Origin: a virus
Strand: one strand, 5' to 3'
IMG/VR virus record: IMGVR_UViG_3300045988_067909
DNA: 64,000 nt
The position numbers and the translations under genes are program-made. This document shows, piece after piece, positions 18,276-28,268 of the stretch (position 1 is its first letter; every line of letters begins with the position of its first letter). The notes beneath the pieces were generated by a model, which was not told where the DNA came from, ran no database searches, and worked only from the letters and a program-made list of their open reading frames with translations.

Positions 18276-18297
18276 TGGTGATACTGTGGTAGTTATT
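18257..18297 (+). promoter_or_regulatory. promoter-like module, degenerate copy 10 overlapping a gene 3' end
   Basis: TTCAGTTATATACTATAATGGTGATACTGTGGTAGTTATTATC aligns with TTCAGTTGTATACTATAATGGTAATATCATGGTTATATATTTA. Confidence 0.4.
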
Positions 18298-18488
18298 ATC
18301 TTATCTAACACACCCCACAGGTGCATAAACTCTAATACCCAACTATACTCCCTTTGGGTACTCTCCTTTAAAATAAATAATATAACCATTGAAAATGAAC
18401 GGAAAAATTATTTATGCACCTATCTATAATATTCCCTATACAATAATGAATATAATCACCCCTCTACCACAGTATCACATTGAACTTC

Positions 18489-18536
18489 GGCAAGACACTC
18501 CCTTTCGGTGTCTTGCCACCCCTTATTTATTTTTTG
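18489..18536 (+). terminator. stable hairpin + T-run in the 320-bp leader upstream of DNA polymerase
   Basis: GGCAAGACACTCCCTTTCGGTGTCTTGCC followed by ACCCCTTATTTATTTTTTGCC. Confidence 0.5.
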
Positions 18537-18613
18537 CCTATTTAGCTTGATTTCAACGGGAATAGTAAGTTTTTACAACTCTGACCACATACCATTAATA
18601 GGAGGAAACAATC

Positions 18614-20491
18614 ATGCTTCATATATACGACCAATATTTTGATGGGTCAGACTTAACGTTACTGAACTCATTCTATATAAAATCTAAGAAAGACAAAGCT
18701 GGATGGACATCTCCATATATAGTTATGGTAGCCAGAGACAACTCTACTGGTGAGAAAGTTAGATGTGAGATAGAGAATCCAGAATATATATACTTTGTGG
18801 CTAAAGACCCACAATCAATAACTCATCATTATGATTACATTGAACGAGATAAGGTTATACCAGTTAAGTGTAATAATGGTGAGCTTCTTAAATCTATTGC
18901 AGACAATACAGGTAATATAGAATACTTCTATAATAATATCAAGTCTAGAGACTTTGGTGCTAATACTAAGTTGCATACTTGTAATACAGTATTCTTATCT
19001 GATATGGAATTATCCGATCATTATAGATTTTGGTTTAGTCGGAGATTCCCTAATGAAATTAAAGTTCCACCAACTAAAGCATATTTCGATATTGAAGTTG
19101 ATATCTCAGAGATTGCTGGGGATTTCCCAGAACCAGGTGAAGCACCTGTATCTGCAGTAACTTATATCTTTGGTAATAATATCTATACGTATATTCTTAG
19201 AGATCATCGTAATGTACTTGTAGAAGAATTTGAATTAAAGTATAGAAAAGGTGGATTAGATGGTGAATTGTTTAGTCTTATTCGTTCTACAGTTGGTGGT
19301 AATGATAGGGTTAAACACTTTGGTTTAGAGAATATGAAATGGCATGCTTTATTTTTTGATGATGAAAAGGAGCTATTACATTCTTTATTCGATAAAGTTA
19401 ATGAAGATAAACCTGATTTCATGTTAGCATGGAACATGGCGTTCGACTTGCCATATATCATTGCTCGTATAGAAGACCAATTTGGTGAGAAAGCATCTGA
19501 CTATATTTGTCATCCAGACTTCTATACTAAGGAATGCTATTACTATGTAGATGAACGTGCAGGTCAAGCATTAGCTGAACGTGGTGACTATGCACAGATA
19601 TCTTCATATACAGTATACTTAGACCAAATGATTCAGTTTGCTTCTAGACGTAAAGGACAAGCTGCTTATCAATCTAATAAGTTGAATGATATCGGTCAAC
19701 AAGTTGCTGGTGTAGCTAAGTTAGACTATCATCATATTACTAGAGATATTGGTGAGTTACCATTTAAAGACTTTAAGACATATATATTCTATAACGTAGT
19801 CGACGTTATAGTACAGGTATGTATTGAAAAAGAAACTGGTGATATTGATTACGTATACAATACTACAGTTGATACAAATACTAGATATGCTAAGGCTCAT
19901 AGACAAACTGTATATCTTAATAATCAACGTGTTAAGATATATTACAATGATGGGTTCGTTCATGGTAATAATATCAATAAGTTTAAAGAGAAACCTAAAG
20001 AGAAGTTCCCTGGTGCATTCGTAGCAGATCCTAATCTTATTAGTGATTTTGCTAAGATTAAGATTAATGACCAACCAGTCTTGCTATTCGATAACTCAGT
20101 AGACTTTGACTTTAGTTCTCTATATCCTAGTATTATTCGTGAGTTCAATCTATCAGCACCAACTCAGATTGGTATGATTAAGTTTAATAATGAAGCACTA
20201 AGTGGTGCTAAGTTCATAGAAGATATAGCTACAGATGATAGTATCACATTCTGTCATAAGTGGTTTAATATGCCTAATATAGAAGAGATGGTACATATCA
20301 TCAAGATAAACGCACCAAGAATTCAAACTAAGAAACCATTCATGGCTTATACTGATGGTATACTTGGTGAAGTTGAACCTGATACATATACAACTTTAAA
20401 CATGTTTAGACATTCTGATACAGAAACACAATCTATGTTTAAACCTAAAGAATTATCCAAAGGAGAGATTGAAGATGGCGAAAGAGTATAA
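18614..20491 (+). CDS. family-B DNA polymerase, N-terminal part (3'-5' exonuclease domain + polymerase motif A)
   Basis: Exo I YFDIEVD, Exo II AWNMAFDLPYI, Exo III YNVVDV, Pol motif A DFDFSSLYPSII; ORF ends ~100 aa after motif A without motifs B/C. Confidence 0.85.
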   Translation: MLHIYDQYFDGSDLTLLNSFYIKSKKDKAGWTSPYIVMVARDNSTGEKVRCEIENPEYIYFVAKDPQSITHHYDYIERDKVIPVKCNNGELLKSIADNTGNIEYFYNNIKSRDFGANTKLHTCNTVFLSDMELSDHYRFWFSRRFPNEIKVPPTKAYFDIEVDISEIAGDFPEPGEAPVSAVTYIFGNNIYTYILRDHRNVLVEEFELKYRKGGLDGELFSLIRSTVGGNDRVKHFGLENMKWHALFFDDEKELLHSLFDKVNEDKPDFMLAWNMAFDLPYIIARIEDQFGEKASDYICHPDFYTKECYYYVDERAGQALAERGDYAQISSYTVYLDQMIQFASRRKGQAAYQSNKLNDIGQQVAGVAKLDYHHITRDIGELPFKDFKTYIFYNVVDVIVQVCIEKETGDIDYVYNTTVDTNTRYAKAHRQTVYLNNQRVKIYYNDGFVHGNNINKFKEKPKEKFPGAFVADPNLISDFAKIKINDQPVLLFDNSVDFDFSSLYPSIIREFNLSAPTQIGMIKFNNEALSGAKFIEDIATDDSITFCHKWFNMPNIEEMVHIIKINAPRIQTKKPFMAYTDGILGEVEPDTYTTLNMFRHSDTETQSMFKPKELSKGEIEDGERV

Positions 20492-21053
20492 CGTAGACTA
20501 TTACAATAACCTTATAAAGATGCTAAAATGTGATAGCATCTTTAATAGTGAGAATGATAATGTGCTACTTGGGTTTGGTCCTGGTATGTCTTATATGCAA
20601 ATTGTAGCACCACCATCAAATAAACCTATTGAGGGTAATGCTAATATTAATTGTCTTGATTTCAAGAACTGTATGAAACAAGAGAACTTTACATTCTTAC
20701 ATGATAACTATGAGTTTGGTCGTCAAGATATCTTAGATAAGTACTATACTATCTTGAGTTATATGGATACAAAGAACTTAGAAGTCCAATATAATAATGA
20801 AAGATTTGTAGACAAGTTCCAATATTTCTTAGATGCTAAAGCTAGTGATGGTGCTATTAAACTAGTAGTGGAAACTAAGAAAAGAGATTATGTATGTATG
20901 ATTTCTCGTGGTATCTTCCCTATCGTTAAAGGAGATAAGATGGAATTATACTTATATGATATTCCAACTACGTCTAAGTTTAAGCTATTAGTGTTTAGAC
21001 TATTCAAACGTAATGGATATATTATCGACCAAGTATTCAAATTATTATGCTAG
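20475..21053 (+). CDS. hypothetical protein
   Basis: ATG at 20475 preceded by AAAGGAGAG; overlaps the end of the polymerase N-part (coupled). Confidence 0.5.
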   Translation: MAKEYNVDYYNNLIKMLKCDSIFNSENDNVLLGFGPGMSYMQIVAPPSNKPIEGNANINCLDFKNCMKQENFTFLHDNYEFGRQDILDKYYTILSYMDTKNLEVQYNNERFVDKFQYFLDAKASDGAIKLVVETKKRDYVCMISRGIFPIVKGDKMELYLYDIPTTSKFKLLVFRLFKRNGYIIDQVFKLLC

Positions 21054-21140
21054 TAATGTATTTTAGGCTATGGCTCTCTGGGTCATAGCCTTTAAATGCT
21101 GAAACATCCTACTAATATGCTACTTTTTTCAAGGAGGTAA

Positions 21141-23429
21141 ATGATGGCTGATGATATTAAAAAAGATACAGCCGAGCAACGTGACTTATCTAAGTCTATT
21201 CTAAATATGCTCAATGGTTTGTATCGAAGAGCTTATATGACTCAACCAGATGCTAAAGATGAATTAGATGCATCGGATGCAAATATATCTGATACAGTAG
21301 AACGTATCATCTCTGACTCCAGTTATAAGACTGGGTTAAATAATATATCTACATTATATGCTAAACTATTACGTTCTCGTGGTGGTACTGCTAGTAGTGA
21401 TGATATGAACCAAATCTTTGGTAATGATATGGAGCTTAGTGGGTCTTTATATAATGCTTTCTTTAACAATAAGAATCTTAAAGACTATGATGCTGAAATC
21501 GATATGATTTGTAAGTATATGCCTAAGCTAGATGCAGCATTAAGTACGTTATTAGACAACGTATTATCTGCTGACCATTTTGCTAAAGACTATATTACAT
21601 TAGCAGAAACTAACTTCTCTATGGTTAGTAACCAAAAGACTATAGTTAATAACGTAGAGCTTATTAAGCATAAGTATAACTTAGCAGAGAAGTTCCAAGA
21701 TATTGCTTATAATGCGATGAAGTATGGTGAAGAGTTCGTATATATTATTCCATATGCTACAGCTATTACTAGACTATACAATAGTAATCAGGCTGCAGAT
21801 GTAGTTAAAGAATCTGTGGAATTTGACCAAAACTTTATTAATACTTATCAAAACCAAGATTCTCGTGATAAGATTAATTTTAATGACTTTAAAATAAACT
21901 TATCTTATTATAATGGATTACTTAACGAGTCTATTGTGGCCAATATCAAGGCAACTGAGAGACTCAAAAGTATCCAGGAGCAAAGTTTTAACGAAGCCTA
22001 TATACCTGTACTGGAGGTTATGAGTGACACGCAGAAAGCCTCTTTACAGAAAGATACAAGTATCTCTAATGCTCTTACACCTAAAGATGAATTAGACGTA
22101 AAAGACTTCTTTGAACCAACTCCAGATGGTATTACTGACCCTAATAAAGCTAAGAAGTATGGTAAAGAGATTAAAGCTGCTGGTGCTTTAATGAAAGTGC
22201 TTAAACGTGAAAATGTTGTACCTATCTATATTGATGATATCTGCTTAGGATATTACTATATCGAAGGAACTGCTAATAATTTCTTAGATAAGGATACTGC
22301 ATATCCTATGGCTGGTATTACTGATCCATTGAATAGTATGGCTATGTCTAAATCTCCAACAGCAGCGTTAAAGAACTCTGGTAATATTAATGATAATATG
22401 CTACGTGGTATTGCTGCTAAAATCTCTGGTATGATTGATGCTCAGTTCATTAAACTAAATAAAGATCTATCTAGAGAAATTTATGCTATTCTTAAATATA
22501 ATAGCATGACTCTCAAAGGAGAGAATGCATTAAACATTACATTCATCTCTCCTGATGATTTAGTTCATTGCTATTATAAATTTGATCCTGAATCTCATCG
22601 TGGTATCTCTCTATTAAATGATTCTATGATTCCAGCTAAGCTATATACTGGTATGTATATCTCTAATACGTTAGCTACTATGTCTCGTGGTTATGATAGA
22701 CGTGTATACTATGTAAAGAACTCTGGTGTAGATACTAATATTTCTCAATTACTTCTTCAAACTATGAAGCAAATCAAAATGACTAACTTTAATATTAGAC
22801 GTTTTGAGAATATGAATAACGTATTGAATATCATTGGTCAATTCAATGACTTCATTATTCCTACAAACGCTTCTGGTGAATCTCCTGTACAGTTCGAAAT
22901 CATGCAAGGACAAAACATTGACCCTCAAACTGAACTTATGCAGAAGCTTGAAGATATGGCTGTAGATGCTACTACAGTACCTGTAGAAATTGTAAATGCT
23001 AGAAACTCTCTAGACTATGCAGTACAAGCATCTATGACATCTAGTAAATTCTTAAAGACTGTAATCAGTGACCAAATCATTACTAATGCATTCTTTAGTC
23101 GTATTATGACACAGTTGTATAGAGCTGAGTACGATGATTCTAAGGCTATTATCAATGTATCCTTGCCACAACCATCTTACTTGAATACATCTAATACATC
23201 TACTATGATTAATAATATGAATGATATGGTTCAAGCTATAACTGATTCTTATTCTGACGATTTCACCGAAGAACAAAAACCATTGTTTATGGCTAATATT
23301 AAGAAAGAAATGCTACGTACGTATATCGACCAAGATATGGTAGATAGAGTGGCTAAACAAACTAAATTACAACTAGCAGCTAAAGCTACTAATGATGATG
23401 GTAGTGATGATAGCTCTGGTGGATACTAA
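21141..23429 (+). CDS. hypothetical protein (762 aa, possibly virion-associated)
   Basis: Large ORF with CAAGGAGGTAA RBS converging on the sheath/tube operon; no motif recognised. Confidence 0.6.
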   Translation: MMADDIKKDTAEQRDLSKSILNMLNGLYRRAYMTQPDAKDELDASDANISDTVERIISDSSYKTGLNNISTLYAKLLRSRGGTASSDDMNQIFGNDMELSGSLYNAFFNNKNLKDYDAEIDMICKYMPKLDAALSTLLDNVLSADHFAKDYITLAETNFSMVSNQKTIVNNVELIKHKYNLAEKFQDIAYNAMKYGEEFVYIIPYATAITRLYNSNQAADVVKESVEFDQNFINTYQNQDSRDKINFNDFKINLSYYNGLLNESIVANIKATERLKSIQEQSFNEAYIPVLEVMSDTQKASLQKDTSISNALTPKDELDVKDFFEPTPDGITDPNKAKKYGKEIKAAGALMKVLKRENVVPIYIDDICLGYYYIEGTANNFLDKDTAYPMAGITDPLNSMAMSKSPTAALKNSGNINDNMLRGIAAKISGMIDAQFIKLNKDLSREIYAILKYNSMTLKGENALNITFISPDDLVHCYYKFDPESHRGISLLNDSMIPAKLYTGMYISNTLATMSRGYDRRVYYVKNSGVDTNISQLLLQTMKQIKMTNFNIRRFENMNNVLNIIGQFNDFIIPTNASGESPVQFEIMQGQNIDPQTELMQKLEDMAVDATTVPVEIVNARNSLDYAVQASMTSSKFLKTVISDQIITNAFFSRIMTQLYRAEYDDSKAIINVSLPQPSYLNTSNTSTMINNMNDMVQAITDSYSDDFTEEQKPLFMANIKKEMLRTYIDQDMVDRVAKQTKLQLAAKATNDDGSDDSSGGY

Positions 23430-23441
23430 GAGACACAAAAA

Positions 23442-23478
23442 CCCCTATATAGGCATTGCCTATATAGGGATTCTTTTT
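23442..23478. terminator. bidirectional terminator (TATAGGCATTGCCTATA family)
   Basis: CCCCTATATAGGCATTGCCTATATAGGG + ATTCTTTTTAG; A-run on the other side serves the minus-strand tube gene. Confidence 0.7.
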
Positions 23479-23486
23479 AGTACATA

Positions 23487-24335
23487 TTAACCTTGGAATT
23501 CAGTAGTACCACCAGTATTACCAGTGCCATTGCTAACAAGAGTTTTATGATATGCATTGAAAGTACCACTGTAACGGAATTCGGATTCATTCCAGATAGT
23601 ACCTTTACGTACCCAGTCAAGTAATTGTTGAGCACGTTCATTAATGTACCAGTTAGAGATAGGTACACAGTTGTATTCAATGGACAATTCTTTGAATTCG
23701 TATTGACCTTTTTCAGAGTTATACAATTCAGAGAAGTCAGCATTAGTTGGTTGAGCTGCAACCAAGTAGTATGCTTTTTCGATATGACGCATTGTGTTAT
23801 TAGTTACGATATACATGAATGTGAAACATTCGTTTTCGAAACCAGCATCCAATACGCCTTTTTCGATAAGACCATTGTAGTGTTTAACACCAGTAGTTGG
23901 GTCTTTAATACCACGTAAGTACAATTCATGTACTTTAGTAAGTACAGAACCAGCTTTTTCAAAGAAACGCATGGAGATCTGAGAAGCAGATGGAGTTGTA
24001 ACTTTGTTGATTACGTTAATGGATTGGATACCATTAGTCAATTCTGCAGTTTCAGATTGCATGTTATCGAGACCACTTAAACCACGGAATTCATATTCCA
24101 AGATATGAACGTAAGTATCGATAAGTTTTTTGTAACGAGTATTACGGTCAGCCAATTCAGTTAAGAATCGAGGAATATCCAATACAATAAGTAAGGAGTA
24201 ACCAGATTCGAATTGGTTGAATTGTTGTAAGTTAGCCCAGTCTGTAGTACCACGGAAAAGGGCATAGCCTGTTAGGTCTTTGGTATCAGTTGTACCATCA
24301 AAGATGAAAGGAATTTCACCGTTTGTAAAAGCCAT
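23487..24335 (-). CDS. putative tail tube protein
   Basis: 282 aa gene immediately downstream of the sheath-like gene, strongly biased to highly-expressed codons (CGT, TTC, AAC, GGT, ACT); assignment by synteny and size only. Confidence 0.45.
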   Translation of the reverse strand: MAFTNGEIPFIFDGTTDTKDLTGYALFRGTTDWANLQQFNQFESGYSLLIVLDIPRFLTELADRNTRYKKLIDTYVHILEYEFRGLSGLDNMQSETAELTNGIQSINVINKVTTPSASQISMRFFEKAGSVLTKVHELYLRGIKDPTTGVKHYNGLIEKGVLDAGFENECFTFMYIVTNNTMRHIEKAYYLVAAQPTNADFSELYNSEKGQYEFKELSIEYNCVPISNWYINERAQQLLDWVRKGTIWNESEFRYSGTFNAYHKTLVSNGTGNTGGTTEFQG

Positions 24336-24353
24336 TGTTTAGTTCTCCTTTCC

Positions 24354-26513
24354 TTATACGTTATCAGCAACTGGGATAGCAATGATACGGAAGATTTCGT
24401 ATTGTACGAAGTCTTTGAATTTAACTTTGATAGAAGCGTATACAATTTTATTAGCTGCATAGATTGTATTTTGTTCCATAACCAATTCGATAGAAGCGAA
24501 TTTGGATTTGAATTTTTCAATAATACGGTTAACGTCAGCTTTGTATTTTTCAAAGTCTTGACCAGTAATGAATTTGTAACGAGATTTAGGACATTCTTTA
24601 CGAATTTCTTTAATTAATTCTTGTACAGTAAGTACGTTGTTGATGAAAGATAATTGAGTGTAACGGTCTTGAGATGTGTATTCGGAAACCATAGTGAATA
24701 CGTTGTTAATATTCATACCATAGTTTACACGCATATCTTCCATTTTTGTTTGTTGATCCAATGTAGGAGTAACTTTAGGAATGAAAGATACAGTTTTGTC
24801 AATAACGTTAGGAATGATCCAGCTATTAGCTTCACCAGCGCATACCAAGTTACGACCATTACCGAAGTGCATACAAATCAAACGAGCAATATCGTAACCG
24901 ATAGTTACAGTGATTTGTTTGTTTGTGTAAGGGTCATAGATATCATAGGATTGGCAATAGTCAGCTACGAAACGAGAACGATTAGCATCAATACCACCGA
25001 TCATATCTTTCTTAGATTTGATTGCCAATAATGTATTCATACCAATACCGTAATCACGGAAGAAGAATACGTCTTGACGGAATTTACACAATTCTACGAT
25101 AGCAGTTTTAACTGGTAATGCATAGTTAGCATCAACTACAACGTCAATTGGAGTGTTATCAGTATTGAAGATATCATCAGAGAATGTACCATCGAAAGCT
25201 TTCTTCATTTCTTCATCGTAAGGAATACGATAAGTTTTGTTTAACTTACGAGCATCTTCTGCATTCAATTTTTCTCTATAAGTTAGAGGGTAACGACCCC
25301 ATTTACCGTTGTCGCCACCTTTAAGGAAGTGACCTTCGGAAACGTTTAAGAATGTAGTTGTTTGGCCATCTTCGTTTTTGTCATTAATGTGAATCTTAGC
25401 GAATTCTTGACCACGATAGTCTTTACCATTCAAGATATCTGCAGTTTTCAAAATATTTTCATCAATATTTGTCATCTTAGCAACAGCTTGGAAGAACAAG
25501 TTAGTTTGGTCTTCGTATGCATGTACTTTGATTTGAGCAGCAGAACGTTTGGATACAGAATCAATGTACAAGTTGTAACCACGTTCTAATTCATCAGGGT
25601 TCAAGGAGAAGATCATGCTTTCTAAAGCAACATCGTTCTCATAAACGTCTAATTTGTAACGAGCGGATTCAGCTGTACGGGATAATGTAGCATCCAAGGA
25701 TACACGGATACGTTTGTTAGAAACACCACGACCATTGTCAGTTACTACGAATAACAAGTAATCGTTCATACGTGTACCAGCAGCAATAGCTTCACCAGTG
25801 AACTTTTCAGCTACTGTAAGAGCATTACCTTTTTTCTTCAATACATAGTCAGCTAATTTCTTAATGTCATTACCGATCTTTTCTTTCAATAAAGTATCAG
25901 AATCGATAGACTCTACAGAGTAGCTGATAGAGCAAGTATTGATGATAGCTTTTTGTACTCGAGGATCAGAATCAATAGTAGTAGGATCAGTGATAGGTGT
26001 ATCAAAACCATCAGCAGCACCTAATTCCATGATTTCTTCTTTGATGTATCGAGGACGATCAGCTTCTTCACGATACAATGCTACGTCAGAAGTTAACCAG
26101 TATTCTTCGTCTTTGATAGGTTTCAAAACACGAACACCGTTTTCTTCAACTTCTTCACGAAGAATATTGAAGTTTTCATCATGACGGTAGCGGAACAATT
26201 GTTGCTTATCTTCTTTAAGATGAGCAATTACTGCAAAGTTAGCTAATGTGGAATCAGGATGCACTACACGTTTTGCATACAAGATACCGCCATTGTTGAT
26301 AACGTTAGCAGCTTGAAGTAAAGGTTGGCCATGGCGTTGGAAAGAGATCTCGCCATATTGCTCGAAGAACTTATTACCTTGGATATGAATATAGTCTTCT
26401 GTACCCTTATCAGAAGTGAAAGCCGAAAAGACCACTGGTCTTGTCGTATTGTCAGATATCTGTAGGGAAGGAATATCGGACTGATCTTCTAGAATGATTG
26501 TAGTACCAATCAT
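24354..26513 (-). CDS. putative contractile tail sheath protein
   Basis: 719 aa, highly-expressed codon usage, followed by tube-sized gene; size/order as in T4 gp18-gp19 and phiKZ gp29-gp30; no motif-level proof. Confidence 0.5.
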   Translation of the reverse strand: MIGTTIILEDQSDIPSLQISDNTTRPVVFSAFTSDKGTEDYIHIQGNKFFEQYGEISFQRHGQPLLQAANVINNGGILYAKRVVHPDSTLANFAVIAHLKEDKQQLFRYRHDENFNILREEVEENGVRVLKPIKDEEYWLTSDVALYREEADRPRYIKEEIMELGAADGFDTPITDPTTIDSDPRVQKAIINTCSISYSVESIDSDTLLKEKIGNDIKKLADYVLKKKGNALTVAEKFTGEAIAAGTRMNDYLLFVVTDNGRGVSNKRIRVSLDATLSRTAESARYKLDVYENDVALESMIFSLNPDELERGYNLYIDSVSKRSAAQIKVHAYEDQTNLFFQAVAKMTNIDENILKTADILNGKDYRGQEFAKIHINDKNEDGQTTTFLNVSEGHFLKGGDNGKWGRYPLTYREKLNAEDARKLNKTYRIPYDEEMKKAFDGTFSDDIFNTDNTPIDVVVDANYALPVKTAIVELCKFRQDVFFFRDYGIGMNTLLAIKSKKDMIGGIDANRSRFVADYCQSYDIYDPYTNKQITVTIGYDIARLICMHFGNGRNLVCAGEANSWIIPNVIDKTVSFIPKVTPTLDQQTKMEDMRVNYGMNINNVFTMVSEYTSQDRYTQLSFINNVLTVQELIKEIRKECPKSRYKFITGQDFEKYKADVNRIIEKFKSKFASIELVMEQNTIYAANKIVYASIKVKFKDFVQYEIFRIIAIPVADNV

Positions 26514-26613
26514 ATGTTTTCCTCCTTTAAAATCAAAAAATTTTACAGGTTAGTCATATTATAATATTACTAAACTTTTACATCTATGTTGGATATAAGC
26601 CTTATAGGGTGTA

Positions 26614-27354
26614 TTACCCCATAAGGATTTTTTCCATAGGAGAATCAACTGTCTTATCATTAATGATAGCATTGACTACAGCATCATCCCAGTTTTCAGA
26701 TGTAATAGATGAGAATGGTGAAATATATTTAGGTACCATCTTAACTGAAATAGATTTGTAATGATTCATATTTGGGTCTTTAGCTAAACGGAATGGGATG
26801 GATTCATCTTTAGCAGATCTACATACTTGAGAGATAATCATACCAAACATTTGAGCAGATAGACCGAATGAACTACCATTATATTTAATACTATCCATTA
26901 AGAATGTATGTAATTGATCATAAGGGATTGTATTAGGGATATTACCAGTAATCAAGAAGATCTTAAACATGTTTTCCACATTAGTGATATCTTCTGGAGA
27001 CTTAGTATTTAAGATAGCTATATCTCCCTTATGGAAACGTAATAAACGATAGTCCTTAGGGATAGGCGTCTTCTTATCTATTACATAGTCTTTGACTTTA
27101 TCTACTTGGTTAGGCATACAAGATATTACCATAGGGAAGTAAAACATCTTTAAACCTATTTCAGATTTACCATTCTTATCAAATACTTCATAGTTGAATA
27201 GGCCTAATGTATTTACATATTCACCAGCAAACTCAGCATATTTCATATTACCATCAGATCTAAAGTAATCTTCTGGGATATAGAATACTAGCTCTCCATC
27301 ACCATTAAAGATAAGAGAGTCTCCTTCTTTAGTTAAAAATTTAGGTATTGCCAT
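26614..27354 (-). CDS. hypothetical (virion module) protein
   Basis: 246 aa, AAGGAGG RBS, hairpin terminator CCTTATGGGGTAATACACCCTATAAGG downstream. Confidence 0.55.
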   Translation of the reverse strand: MAIPKFLTKEGDSLIFNGDGELVFYIPEDYFRSDGNMKYAEFAGEYVNTLGLFNYEVFDKNGKSEIGLKMFYFPMVISCMPNQVDKVKDYVIDKKTPIPKDYRLLRFHKGDIAILNTKSPEDITNVENMFKIFLITGNIPNTIPYDQLHTFLMDSIKYNGSSFGLSAQMFGMIISQVCRSAKDESIPFRLAKDPNMNHYKSISVKMVPKYISPFSSITSENWDDAVVNAIINDKTVDSPMEKILMG

Positions 27355-27429
27355 TATATATACCTCCTTCTTAATGAGTTGTTCAAGTATAGCAGTTTTA
27401 CAGGGTTTTTGTAAACCTGTTTTTTTTTT

Positions 27430-27472
27430 GATTGTATATTATAACTGTATACATAATTGGTTATATTTAATT
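27430..27472 (+). promoter_or_regulatory. promoter-like module copy 11 (B element only)
   Basis: GATTGTATATTATAACTGTATACATAATTGGTTATATTTAATTT preceded by hairpin ACAGGGTTTTTGTAAACCTGT and T10 run. Confidence 0.55.
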
Positions 27473-27488
27473 TAAGGAGGAAACAATT

Positions 27489-27989
27489 ATGAATATCACA
27501 AGTCCAACTTTAAGACAATTAGCTTACAGTGCAATTGACGACAGAGAGAATCTAAGAACATTGAACGCATTAGACCGTGGTAATATGCCATTTAGAGTGA
27601 CATATAATCAAAACGGCTTAATTGAAATCAGTGTCGGAAACGATGTACGGAAGTTAGACTGTAGCACAGACTTCCGATGCGTCTGTCGTACTATCACTAT
27701 TGATAGCGAGCATTATTACGCAATTAAATGTGTAACTATGTTTGTAAACAAAGAAAGCCATAACCAAGATACGGTTATAGCTATTACAGTAACAGAGTAC
27801 GTAAAAGATTTATTTCAAGAGGATATAGAAAAGATTATAAATAATCTAAAATCTATTGAATCTGAGACAGAAACGATTGGTCGTTTCGATATTACTTATA
27901 ATAAAGGTAATATCATTCTAGAAGACCAAGTTAAATCTTTGACTTATAGATTGGACCATATAGTCCAAACTATATTGGATCTTAAATAA
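27489..27989 (+). CDS. hypothetical protein (plus-strand cassette inserted between minus-strand virion genes)
   Basis: 166 aa ORF with TAAGGAGGAAAC RBS, own promoter module and own terminator. Confidence 0.55.
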   Translation: MNITSPTLRQLAYSAIDDRENLRTLNALDRGNMPFRVTYNQNGLIEISVGNDVRKLDCSTDFRCVCRTITIDSEHYYAIKCVTMFVNKESHNQDTVIAITVTEYVKDLFQEDIEKIINNLKSIESETETIGRFDITYNKGNIILEDQVKSLTYRLDHIVQTILDLK

Positions 27990-27997
27990 AAAGAACT

Positions 27998-28040
27998 CCC
28001 AGTATAGGCATTGCCTATACTGGGGTCCTTTGTTTTTTAT
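27998..28040 (+). terminator. intrinsic terminator (TATAGGCATTGCCTATA family)
   Basis: CCCAGTATAGGCATTGCCTATACTGGG + GTCCTTTGTTTTTTAT. Confidence 0.7.
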
Positions 28041-28268
28041 TAGCACACTGGTTAATAAGATAAGTAACAAAAAGTCATGCTAATAGTGTCTTTTAAAACG
28101 AATGATTGCCTTATTCACCTATCAGGGTAGGATAGGATTTTTGTGTGGTTTGTTTAAGTTATAATGTATTTATGCTTTTTCTGATTAGACGTTTCTATAT
28201 AACTAATATGGATGTGTTTGACTTAAAAAATAAATCTACATAGAAACAAAATTCAAAAAAAAAATTAA

